Source of the DNA: Dehalococcoidia bacterium
Lineage (GTDB): Bacteria; Chloroflexota; Dehalococcoidia; Lucifugimonadales; UBA3495
Direction: 5' to 3'
Length of the DNA: 64,000 nt
Assembly (NCBI GenBank): GCA_034428715.1
Contig: DAOUHE010000096.1
Location: 2,915 to 66,914 of the forward strand
The notes below the pieces were generated by a model, which was not told the DNA's origin, did no database searches, and was given only the letters and a program-made list of their open reading frames with translations. This document shows, one piece after another, positions 54,222-62,491 of the stretch; positions within the stretch are counted from its first letter, which is position 1; every line of letters begins with the position of its first letter. Made by a program: the position numbers and the translations under genes.

Positions 54222-55397
54222 ATGGCATCTAGGGCACCTGGAGAACGGGATATCGCCATCGTTGGCGTGGCGGAATCCGATGAGATGGGCACCGTCCCGA
54301 ACAAATCTTCGCTGCAACACCACGCGGAAGCCGCCCACAACGCCCTGGAAGACGCAGGTCTCTCTAAGAACGAAGTTGACGGGTTGCTGACGGCGGGCTT
54401 TTCCACCTTGGCCACCGCCGAATACTTGGGGATACACCCCGGCTTTACCGATAACACCTCAGTGGGTGGCTCCTCATTTGTCATTCACGTAGCCCACGCC
54501 ATCGCGGCCATCCGGGCCGGATTCTGCGAGGTGGCCCTGATAACCCACGGACAAGCAGGCCGTTCCACCCGGGGCAGGGTTCCCGGAGACCCCAACCAGC
54601 CGGTGGCCCAGTATGAAGCCCCCTTTGGGATGATAGGACCGCCCATCAACTATTCCATGGCCTGTTCCCGCTACATGCACCTGTACGGTGAAGACAAGAC
54701 CAGACAGGGCATGGCTGAGATTGCCGTGGCCACCCGCAAATGGGCGAACCTTAACCCCAAAGCGGTCATGCACGACACTCCAATGAGCTTTGACGAGTAC
54801 CACGACTCCCGGTGGGTTTCGTGGCCGTTCCACCTGCCAGATTGCTGCCTGGTCACCGACTCCGGCGCGGCAATCATCGTAACCACCGCCGAGCGCGCCC
54901 GCAGTTGTCGCAAGGAACCGGTTTGGGTGCTAGGCGCCGCAGAAGGCCACGACCACAACCTGATCAGCCAGATGCCTTCTCTGACCTCCACTTGGGGCAG
55001 GGAGAGCGGTCCCAAGTCGTTGCAGCGGGCGGGTCTCAAACACGACGACATGGACCTGACCATGATCTACGACTCATTCACCTACACGGTGATGGTCACG
55101 TTGGAATCCCTGGGGTATTGCGGACCAGGTGAGGCGGCCGACTTCGTTGCCAACCAGCGGACGGCTCCTAGAGGAGAATTCGCCTTGAACACCAACGGCG
55201 GCGGCCTCTCCTACACGCATCCCGGCATGTACGGCAGCTTCCTTTTGGTGGAAGCCGTCCGGCAGATGCGCGGCGAGTGTGGGGAACGCCAGGTCCACAA
55301 AAAGGGAGACTCCAGCCGGAATCCAACCACCAGCCTGGTCAACGGCACCGGCGGCTCCCTGTCATCGACAGGCACGGTGGTTTTAGCCACGGGGTAA
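54222..55397 (+). CDS. Thiolase-like protein (SCP-x / lipid-transfer-protein type)
   Basis: IAIVGVAESDEMG, the thiolase-fold C-terminus (NTNGGGLSYTHPGMYG), and typical length. Confidence 0.8.
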   Translation: MASRAPGERDIAIVGVAESDEMGTVPNKSSLQHHAEAAHNALEDAGLSKNEVDGLLTAGFSTLATAEYLGIHPGFTDNTSVGGSSFVIHVAHAIAAIRAGFCEVALITHGQAGRSTRGRVPGDPNQPVAQYEAPFGMIGPPINYSMACSRYMHLYGEDKTRQGMAEIAVATRKWANLNPKAVMHDTPMSFDEYHDSRWVSWPFHLPDCCLVTDSGAAIIVTTAERARSCRKEPVWVLGAAEGHDHNLISQMPSLTSTWGRESGPKSLQRAGLKHDDMDLTMIYDSFTYTVMVTLESLGYCGPGEAADFVANQRTAPRGEFALNTNGGGLSYTHPGMYGSFLLVEAVRQMRGECGERQVHKKGDSSRNPTTSLVNGTGGSLSSTGTVVLATG

Positions 55398-55434
55398 CAC
55401 TCCCTCCTGCGTTAAACAGCAGCTGAAAGAAGAA

Positions 55435-55462
55435 GGGCGGGTGAAAAACCACGCCCCTTTTT
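55435..55462 (+). terminator. Probable intrinsic terminator
   Basis: GGGCGGGT-GAAAA-ACCaCGCCC (one bulge) followed by CTTTTT, 38 nt after the stop. Confidence 0.6.
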
Positions 55463-55620
55463 AGTGTGGGGTTACGTTGGTAAAGGACGCCATCTAGGAG
55501 CCAACTTTCTCTTTAAGTCGTGGGATTGTCATTTGAAAGCCGGTGGCTGCCAGGGCCGGGAGTGAGTTTCCAAAGCACACATCATTACGAGTTCACTCAC
55601 GATGCCGGTCTTCATCCCGT

Positions 55621-55998
55621 TCAAACACCTTGCCGAGTAAAGCACGTCCCAAGGTAAATAATACCCACAAAACAGCCCACACGACAGCAATCAAGAGAAC
55701 GATACCCGCGATACCCGCCAAGAAGACAACCAACAAAACGGGGGATATCTCCAAGAAATCTGTGAAAGACGGTAACCCTGGGGAAGGGAATATAGTGCGG
55801 CGACCTGACTATATGCAACCATTCTACGGACCACCATAATTCGGACCAACCGTAGGAGACGCCCACAAAGGTGGTGCCAACCCCCGCCACAAGGACCAGG
55901 CCCAAATAGCCCAAACCGCATCCCTTTACACAGCCCATCGGCGAGTTTCCGGGCTCGGGAGTAGGATCTTCCGGGTTGTTGGCTGTTGTATGCTCCAC
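55621..55998 (-). CDS. Possible small membrane protein; reading frame uncertain
   Basis: The N-terminal half has a clean TM helix (GLGYLGLVLVAGVGTTFVGV). The 3' half looks more protein-like in another frame (my translation: EISPVLLVVFLAGIAGIVLLIAVVWAVLWVLFTLGRALLGKVFERDEDRHRE, ending at 55584). Confidence 0.3.
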   Translation of the reverse strand: MEHTTANNPEDPTPEPGNSPMGCVKGCGLGYLGLVLVAGVGTTFVGVSYGWSELWWSVEWLHIVRSPHYIPFPRVTVFHRFLGDIPRFVGCLLGGYRGYRSLDCCRVGCFVGIIYLGTCFTRQGV

Positions 55999-56271
55999 GG
56001 TCTTCTCCTAGACCAGGCTGTGCCTCAGAGTGCCAAGGGAGCTAACGCTCCTTTCGAGACACTAGCCCTTAATTCTGACCACAAATGGCCTTGGCCCTGA
56101 TCAAGGCGGAGGGGCTGGATGAGGGGTCCAGGACCCGTATCGCCGTGAGGCCCAGGCCATGGGCCGGTTAGGCGCTATGGTGTGTCCCTTAGGGTGCTAG
56201 CACATATTTTTACAATAGCGACCGAGGCGAGGCGGCGGGCTTTTTCCTGCCGGTTTTCCAGCATCGCCAAT

Positions 56272-56571
56272 TTATGAAAGTATTGCCAAGATGATCAAGA
56301 GGGAAAAGTAGGCGACGATGGCGCCCAAGCAACCTAAGCGGCTTAAGGCCTCGCAACCTGCGTTGCCACTGCCGGTGGTGTTTAACCTGCGGCGGAACAG
56401 TAGTCCAAAGAGGACGCTACCGATGATGCCCCCGACGAAGCCACCGACGGGCCCAAAGACGAAAATGCACCAGCCCGTCCAGCAGTACACTCCTAATAAA
56501 AACATACTACCAATCGAGGCACCAACGCCACCAACAATGCCACCGAGGATGGCACCGGTGATGTCAGTCAC
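56272..56571 (-). CDS. Small Gly-zipper membrane protein
   Basis: GAILGGIVGGVGASIGS and GPVGGFVGGIIGSVLFGLLF. Three predicted TM segments. 4-nt overlap with the upstream TPR ORF. Confidence 0.5.
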   Translation of the reverse strand: MTDITGAILGGIVGGVGASIGSMFLLGVYCWTGWCIFVFGPVGGFVGGIIGSVLFGLLFRRRLNTTGSGNAGCEALSRLGCLGAIVAYFSLLIILAILS

Positions 56572-56831
56572 GGCACCATCTGAAGAAGTCCCGCTTCCGC
56601 AGCCTCCTGCCGGACCAATCTCATGAGGAATTCGGCCCTTGCTAAATCGGCCGCGGCTTGCTCTTCCATACGAAGGTTGCGGTAGGCTTCCGACCGGTGG
56701 AAGTAGGCGGTCCAGTGGTCTGGCTCAAGTGTTATAGCTGCCGAAAACTCGTGGATAGCCGCTCGATAATTACCAGTACGGGGCAGCCGTCGTCCTTCGG
56801 AACACTTGTTAGCGGCATCCTTAGCCCACAT
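56568..56831 (-). CDS. Small TPR-like protein
   Basis: GNYRAAIHEFSAAITLEPDHWTAYFHRSEAYRNL fits one to two TPR units. Confidence 0.5.
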   Translation of the reverse strand: MWAKDAANKCSEGRRLPRTGNYRAAIHEFSAAITLEPDHWTAYFHRSEAYRNLRMEEQAAADLARAEFLMRLVRQEAAEAGLLQMVP

Positions 56832-56873
56832 CCCTACATCATCCCCCGCCAGGATCGGTGAATCTGACGAAAT

Positions 56874-57851
56874 TCATGAAAGATATTTTCCCGTTATGGT
56901 GAAGGACCCAGCGAACTCAGGGCCTAACGCGCCCCGCAGTAGATGTACTAACGACGCATCATGTCCGACATAAAGCACAATCACTCGGCCCTTCTTGAAA
57001 TAGTGAGTCGGTGCAATCCATTCTCGATGGGAGGTCATAGAGCGGTTCCCGCCCAGCGGCACGCTGATGTTATAGCCGTCAGACGACACGTACCTAGCTT
57101 CTGTATCGGCAGCAAGGTCATCTGGGAATTCATAGACATGGATCGTCCGGCCATCCACGGCAACCCTCCGGCCTCCCGCCAACAAGACGACCCGCGACAG
57201 AGGGGAACCAGGTTTAAATCCACCCAGCGTAACAGTAGCCCCAGAAGGCTCTTTAACGGTAGACCCAACTCTGGCGAGATCGTCTGTCAAGCTCTTGTAG
57301 CCGTAGGTGGCGGAAGGTGTCCCTCTAGGTGAGGAAGTGGCCGCAGGGATAACAAAATCTCCGAACATGGCGGCGGTATGACCCGGGAAGGTGCATATGA
57401 ACTGATAGCTGCCGGGCTCTGGGGCAGTGAACCGCACTTCGCCTTGTTCTCCGGGGTCCAACAACTTGGTATGAGCGATGACGTCCGGGTCGCCGGGTTG
57501 AATCCAGTCTTTATCAGGGCCGGCCTTAAGTCCCCGCGCGGCAACAGCGTCCTTGGTCCCGTCCCGAACCAGAACCCAGTTGTGCTGACTGAAGAGGGAG
57601 CCGTTGTTAAAAGCCATTACCACCTCGGTCTCAGCCGTCGCTTCACACCGGTCTTTATCAAACGCAATGGCGTCGCCCTCCACATTGATTGCCAGCGCAG
57701 TTCCCACACACGGAGGTGGAGGCGTAAGCGTGATGGGTACAGGTGTTGTCGGTGTCGGTGTCGGTGTCGGTGTCGGAGTATCGCCACAAGCGGCGGCTAA
57801 GGCCATCATTGCACCAAGGAGTGCCACGCGTAGTAGCGCTCGTTCACGCAT
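56874..57851 (-). CDS. Lipoprotein with an auracyanin/azurin-like type-1 copper (cupredoxin) domain and an unassigned ~150-aa C-terminal domain
   Basis: Lipobox LAAACG, TPTPTPTPTPT linker, and Cu ligands HNWV and CTFPGHTAAMFG (His, Cys, His, Met). Confidence 0.8.
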   Translation of the reverse strand: MRERALLRVALLGAMMALAAACGDTPTPTPTPTPTTPVPITLTPPPPCVGTALAINVEGDAIAFDKDRCEATAETEVVMAFNNGSLFSQHNWVLVRDGTKDAVAARGLKAGPDKDWIQPGDPDVIAHTKLLDPGEQGEVRFTAPEPGSYQFICTFPGHTAAMFGDFVIPAATSSPRGTPSATYGYKSLTDDLARVGSTVKEPSGATVTLGGFKPGSPLSRVVLLAGGRRVAVDGRTIHVYEFPDDLAADTEARYVSSDGYNISVPLGGNRSMTSHREWIAPTHYFKKGRVIVLYVGHDASLVHLLRGALGPEFAGSFTITGKYLS

Positions 57852-57965
57852 GTTGATCCTCTATTAGTAAAGTATGTTCATTCCGGACAATTTTGTGTTT
57901 GTGACTCGCCAGGCCAGGGACTCACCCGGTGTACGCCGGCGGCAATACCGCAAGTAATCTTATAG

Positions 57966-58433
57966 TTAGTCATGACCTCCGGAGCCAGTCGAAGGCCTTT
58001 CGGACGCCACGGGCGTCGCCTCACCACCGGCCCTGGAAAACACCGTCGGCCTGCTGCCCATGCCAGAATTGTCCTCGGGCAGCACCAGCCGGACCCGCCA
58101 CCTCATCCTGGAAAACATGAATAGGTTGAGAAAGTGGGCGGCGCCAAGAACGAATAACACCACGCCAACTTTGGTGCTTAGAGCTTCGACAACTCCCGCT
58201 AAATCCACCGGCGCGGCGCCGGTGCGGACATTGACTGCCAGGGTAACGAACCCGAGGCTAATGAGGTAAAACCCCACCAGGATCAGGTGGTTTACCGAGT
58301 CGGCCAGGTCCTCCTTGCCCTGAAAGATCTCCAATAAGAAGACCCGGCCGTTTTTATGGAGCGTCCACCCTACGGCTAGGGCAACGCCTATGCAGAGCGC
58401 CAGGTAGATCAGATCCGTCCAAAAGCTCACCAT
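57966..58433 (-). CDS. Hypothetical integral membrane protein (about 4 TM)
   Basis: Hydrophobic segments LIYLALCIGVALAVGW, LILVGFYLISLGFVTLAV and VGVVLFVLGAAHFLNLFMF. Confidence 0.5.
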   Translation of the reverse strand: MVSFWTDLIYLALCIGVALAVGWTLHKNGRVFLLEIFQGKEDLADSVNHLILVGFYLISLGFVTLAVNVRTGAAPVDLAGVVEALSTKVGVVLFVLGAAHFLNLFMFSRMRWRVRLVLPEDNSGMGSRPTVFSRAGGEATPVASERPSTGSGGHD

Positions 58434-58642
58434 GAGAGCCTCCTTTGCATTAGTGTTGGTTTCGAGGTGTATATGGGAGGGCTAGCGGAAGCTCATCCCA
58501 TCGGCCGCATCGCGGGGTGTGACAGACGTGGATGTCTGAAACACCGCGTTGGCAGGGCACACGGGGAAATACCGGGTCCTCTGGGCAAGGCTTCCGCAGC
58601 AGAAATCTAAACGGTCAAGGTCAGCGCACGGCCCCAGAAATA

Positions 58643-59869
58643 TCAAGAAGGCGGTGCCGGGGAAAGGCGGGACGTCAGCGCCAACAGGCGCGTGAAGTCG
58701 GCCATGTCTTGGTCGTCGTGCAACAACCTGCTCACGCGCTCCGCAATTTCGCCGGCCTGCTTCAGGCTGCTCCCCTGGGCCCAGTGGCTCTGGCGCAGTA
58801 TCTCGGCATACTCGGCCACCACGGCGTCACGCTGAAAGTAAGGCGTCGTCTCCTCAATGGTTAGACCGAAGCCGGAGCTGTTGAATTCCCGTGTGAGCTC
58901 CTTTTCGGCATCAGTGTCAGGGTCCTGGTATTTGGTGTGGACCGTGGCGGCGCGGCCCTGAGCGCCTTCCCGGAACCTCACTTCGAACAGCGCCGTCACG
59001 CTATGGCCTGCCCTTACTTCGTCTGCGACCATGGTACTGGTGAGGAAGTCATCGTAGGCCACCCGCTGGTAATCGTAGCCCAGCTGCCGGTAGCTACTCA
59101 CCACCTCTGGATTGAATTCCACCCACGCCTTTAAGTTCCTGGCAATCACCGGTTGTATGCCGAGGGGGGAGTTCGAGGCGCTCCCCAGCGCTCCAGTCTC
59201 GCGCGCCTGGAGGCCAATGCGTAACAACCAATAGTCCTCCCCTCCAAAGGGCGACGGCCGGCCCTCGACGTGGATGGCGAAGGAGCCTTTAGCCGGGGGC
59301 TGGTACCCTTGGTCGAAGGAGTTGATGAACCCCTCCAAACGGACTGAGGCAGGGTCAGGCAGACGTCTAGCGTCTATCACCAGGTCCCGTGCCTCGGCAT
59401 AGGACATTGTGTCCACATCCACGCTAAAGCTACACAAGTTGTTGTGGGCGGTATCAATGACAGGGTTGTCCCCGGTATTCTGGAAGAAGGCAGCGTAGGT
59501 AACGGCGCCACTATCCGCTACCGGCCCGCTGGTATAGTCATACCAGTAACCCCTTACACTACGGGCGAGCACGTCCTGGGATGGGTTCTGCCAGGAAGGC
59601 GAAAAAACAAGCCAGGCCAACATCAGGGCCACGGCTATCGACCCTAAAGAAACACCCGTCAGGCGAATGGCCGGAGCATAACCGCCGATTATGACCGGCC
59701 GGCCAAAGAGAAACCGCAACCACCACATCCGAGGCCTCGACTGGCGGCGCTCCACCTCTGCCCGGATCGACGGCCACAGGTCCCGGCTGGGTGCGGCCCG
59801 GTCCAGCTTTTCAGCCAGGGCCTCTTTGATCAAGTTTTCGTCCAATTGAAAATCGCCTCTTTCTTTCAT
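58643..59869 (-). CDS. Putative anti-sigma factor: short cytoplasmic N-terminus, one TM, YfbK-like ectodomain (vWA-N-terminal and DUF3520-like parts) lacking the vWA core
   Basis: ATG overlaps the sigma gene stop (ATGA). TM helix GVSLGSIAVALMLAWLVF. LCSFSVDVDTMSYAEARDLVIDARRLPDPASVRLEGFINSF matches the YfbK N-domain, and NLKAWVEFNPEVVSSYRQLGYDYQ..AGHSVTALFEV matches the YfbK C-terminal region. Only about 25 aa separate them. Confidence 0.7.
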   Translation of the reverse strand: MKERGDFQLDENLIKEALAEKLDRAAPSRDLWPSIRAEVERRQSRPRMWWLRFLFGRPVIIGGYAPAIRLTGVSLGSIAVALMLAWLVFSPSWQNPSQDVLARSVRGYWYDYTSGPVADSGAVTYAAFFQNTGDNPVIDTAHNNLCSFSVDVDTMSYAEARDLVIDARRLPDPASVRLEGFINSFDQGYQPPAKGSFAIHVEGRPSPFGGEDYWLLRIGLQARETGALGSASNSPLGIQPVIARNLKAWVEFNPEVVSSYRQLGYDYQRVAYDDFLTSTMVADEVRAGHSVTALFEVRFREGAQGRAATVHTKYQDPDTDAEKELTREFNSSGFGLTIEETTPYFQRDAVVAEYAEILRQSHWAQGSSLKQAGEIAERVSRLLHDDQDMADFTRLLALTSRLSPAPPS

Positions 59870-60564
59870 AGCTCCCTCCCAACCGGCTGCTCGCCGGCAG
59901 CACCAATTTGCTGCCTAACCCGTTTTGGAACAGGCAGAATCGACTCTGGCACATGCCCGTTGCTGGGATGGTTGTCGGGACCGCCTGGTGGATGCTGAGG
60001 GTGATCGGGAGGGTCTGTGAAATCGTCTGCCTCTATAAACTCCCGAAGACGGCGGAGGGCGGTATTCAGTCGCACCCTCACCCTTACGTGCGGCCAGCCC
60101 AAGATTTCGGCCGTTTTAGCTCCGCTGAATCCGTGGATGTAGCGCAGCACAACGACCGCGCGGTCATTCGGTTTCAGTCGTCCTAGGGTTTTCCAGATGA
60201 TGATCTTGATCACCACCTTTTGGTCCCAATCGTCTGGGTAGAGGCCTGGCGATGGAACGTCTGGGATGCCATCAAAAGGGATCTCCTAGCGCCTCGCGTT
60301 GCGCCTCACTTCGTCGATGGCCCGGCGGACGGCAATCTGGGAGAGCCACGGAAGGAAGGGACGCTCGAGGTCGTAGCGTTTTAAGGCGGTGGGCAGACCG
60401 ATAAACACCTTTTGGGTGGCTTCCTCCGCCAGATATTGGTGGTGCGTGATGCCGTACGCCATCCGGAAGACGGCGCTTTCATGGATCTGGAAGAGAACCT
60501 CCAGGCCGTCATCGTTACCGGCCTTGAGTTGGTGGATAGCTTCTTTCTCCTGCTGTTCCTGCAC
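59866..60564 (-). pseudogene. ECF sigma-70 family factor interrupted by a single in-frame TAG
   Basis: Region 2 (60564-60289: VFRMAYGITHH..FLPWLSQIAVRRAIDEVRR) and region 4 (LKPNDRAVVVLRYIHGFSGAKTAEILGW..VRVRLNTALRRLRE) are in the same frame (348 nt apart). The only interruption is TAG at 60288-60286. Confidence 0.7.
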
Positions 60565-60903
60565 TATATCCTCTCATTGCCGGGACTGGGTAAATGATTC
60601 CTTATAACATATATTCGCCGGACAGCGGGAAAATGTTCATTTTCATTATTTGTTGGGTCCCGTTCCGCCTCACCCCAGACCGGCCCAACCTTTGGGCCAA
60701 GAGCCCGGATATGCCTGCTTGCCAGCCAGTCTGAATATTTCCCAGTGATCACCATAATCCCCAAATCTCGTAAACCAATGGCTTTGGTCAAAATTTTAAA
60801 ATATGCTAATATTCTGGCTGATAACTGGTATGGCGGCTTTGCCGACCATTCCATCAAAATGCGTCACAGGCTATTTATGCCGACGGCGAAAGGATACTTT
60901 CTC

Positions 60904-61818
60904 ATGAACAAGGAAATCACCTCGTTCTTGCAACACCTCATTGTCGAAAAAGGGTTTTCCCGCAACACCACGGAAGCCTACCGCAATGACCTCTCCCAGT
61001 TCTGGGAGTTCTTCAAAGACCACGAAAACGGCGCCACCGATGGCGAAAGGCCCTGGGAACTAGTTGACCTAGACCTGCTGAACGAATACATAGAAGACCT
61101 TCGTGGCAGGAGGGGATACCGCGACACCACCACCGCCAGGAAAGTAGCCTCTCTCAAGTCGTTCTTTGGGTTCCTAAACGAAAACGGCGCCGTCGACACT
61201 GACCCCACAGAATCGCTAGGTTCCCCCCGCGTGGGGCGGGCCTTGCCCAAATTCCTGACCGAAGACCAGGTAACCACTCTCCTGGACCTGGCATCTTTAT
61301 CCGGGACCCCCGAAGGCCAACGTGACGCCAACATTCTGGAATTGCTATATGCCACCGGGGTCCGCGTAACCGAACTGGTGTCACTGAACGTGCAGGACAT
61401 AGACTTTCAAGAAGGCTACATCCGGTGCTGGGGAAAAGGCAACAAGGAAAGAATGGTATATCTATATCCCAAGGCCGTGACCCAGCTAAAGCGTTACATA
61501 GTCAAAATCCGGCCAACCCTGCTTTCCGGGAATAAAGACCAGCCGGCACTTTTCATCAACCACCGGGGAGATAGGCTGACCCGCCAGTGGATATGGGCCA
61601 TACTGAAAAACTACGGAGAAAAGGCGGGAATCGAACAAAGGATTACACCCCACACGTTGCGGCATAGCTTCGCCACCCATCTGCTGCAGAATGGAGCGAC
61701 GCTCCGCCACGTGCAGGAGCTGTTGGGCCACTCCAGCATCTCTACGACCCAGGTGTATACCCATCTGACCACCGCCTACCTGCACCAGGAATACGAAAAG
61801 AGCCATCCGCGGGCTTAA
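60904..61818 (+). CDS. Tyrosine recombinase XerC/XerD family
   Basis: SRNTTEAYRNDLSQF, ATGVRVTELVSL, and HTLRHSFATHLLQNGATLRHVQELLGHSSISTTQVYTH (RHR-Y catalytic set). ATG at 60904 is internal to the track ORF. Confidence 0.85.
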   Translation: MNKEITSFLQHLIVEKGFSRNTTEAYRNDLSQFWEFFKDHENGATDGERPWELVDLDLLNEYIEDLRGRRGYRDTTTARKVASLKSFFGFLNENGAVDTDPTESLGSPRVGRALPKFLTEDQVTTLLDLASLSGTPEGQRDANILELLYATGVRVTELVSLNVQDIDFQEGYIRCWGKGNKERMVYLYPKAVTQLKRYIVKIRPTLLSGNKDQPALFINHRGDRLTRQWIWAILKNYGEKAGIEQRITPHTLRHSFATHLLQNGATLRHVQELLGHSSISTTQVYTHLTTAYLHQEYEKSHPRA

Positions 61819-62097
61819 GGTGAAGTTCCGGCGCCGGTCCGGGCAGGCCACCGCTCGGACCGGTGTATCCACATTACCGGCAAATCTCGCCAGAACCGCC
61901 AATGAGGTCCGGTCAACCTCAGGCCGGGGCCCATGGTCCCGAGGCAAAGACACCAATCCAAAATTAAAGTCTTGCCCTCCGGCTGCTCATTCTTGCCAAT
62001 TGCTGGTATAGTGGATATGCACTGTACGCCGAGAATCATTCAGGCATTACGCAGGCGTGGCCAATAAACCAGGTAACATCTTAGGAGGTAGTCCGCG

Positions 62098-62472
62098 ATG
62101 GCGGGTAAGTCTCGCCGAGTGGCGTCGCGCCAGGCCCAGTTGAACCGGCGCAAAAAACGCCAGCAGAGGGGCCCCAGCGGCATTCCCATCGACGACCGTC
62201 AACCGGTTAGTGTTGGGGTGGAAACCGGGGGAGATCCTTCGGGCGGAAGCGATTCCGATAGAACTCTGCCCGGCGCCGATACCCGATCCGCGGCCGCCTC
62301 TGTAGCTCAACCGGCCCCGGCGCCCGCCGCCCGGTCCCAAATACGGTCCCCTTCCAGGTCCAGGGACGAACGCCCTTCCGCCTACACCTACATGGGCCCA
62401 GAACTCCGGCGGACCTTAATCATGGGCGCAACGGGGATCGCGGTGCTGGTTATACTTAAATTCGTCCTCTAG
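62098..62472 (+). CDS. Hypothetical basic protein with C-terminal TM anchor
   Basis: Strong SD (TAGGAGGT). N-terminus RRKKRQQR, a disordered middle, and C-terminus LIMGATGIAVLVILKFVL. Ends 19 nt before uvrC. Confidence 0.5.
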   Translation: MAGKSRRVASRQAQLNRRKKRQQRGPSGIPIDDRQPVSVGVETGGDPSGGSDSDRTLPGADTRSAAASVAQPAPAPAARSQIRSPSRSRDERPSAYTYMGPELRRTLIMGATGIAVLVILKFVL

Positions 62473-62491
62473 TCCTTCACTGCTAACCCAT

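Noticed and set aside
60745-61818. Tyrosine recombinase as an integrase marking a mobile element
   Set aside because: The N-terminal core-binding domain and C-terminal motifs look like housekeeping XerC/XerD. No att-like repeats, phage or transposon genes flank it, and uvrC follows. I read it as the chromosomal dimer-resolution recombinase.
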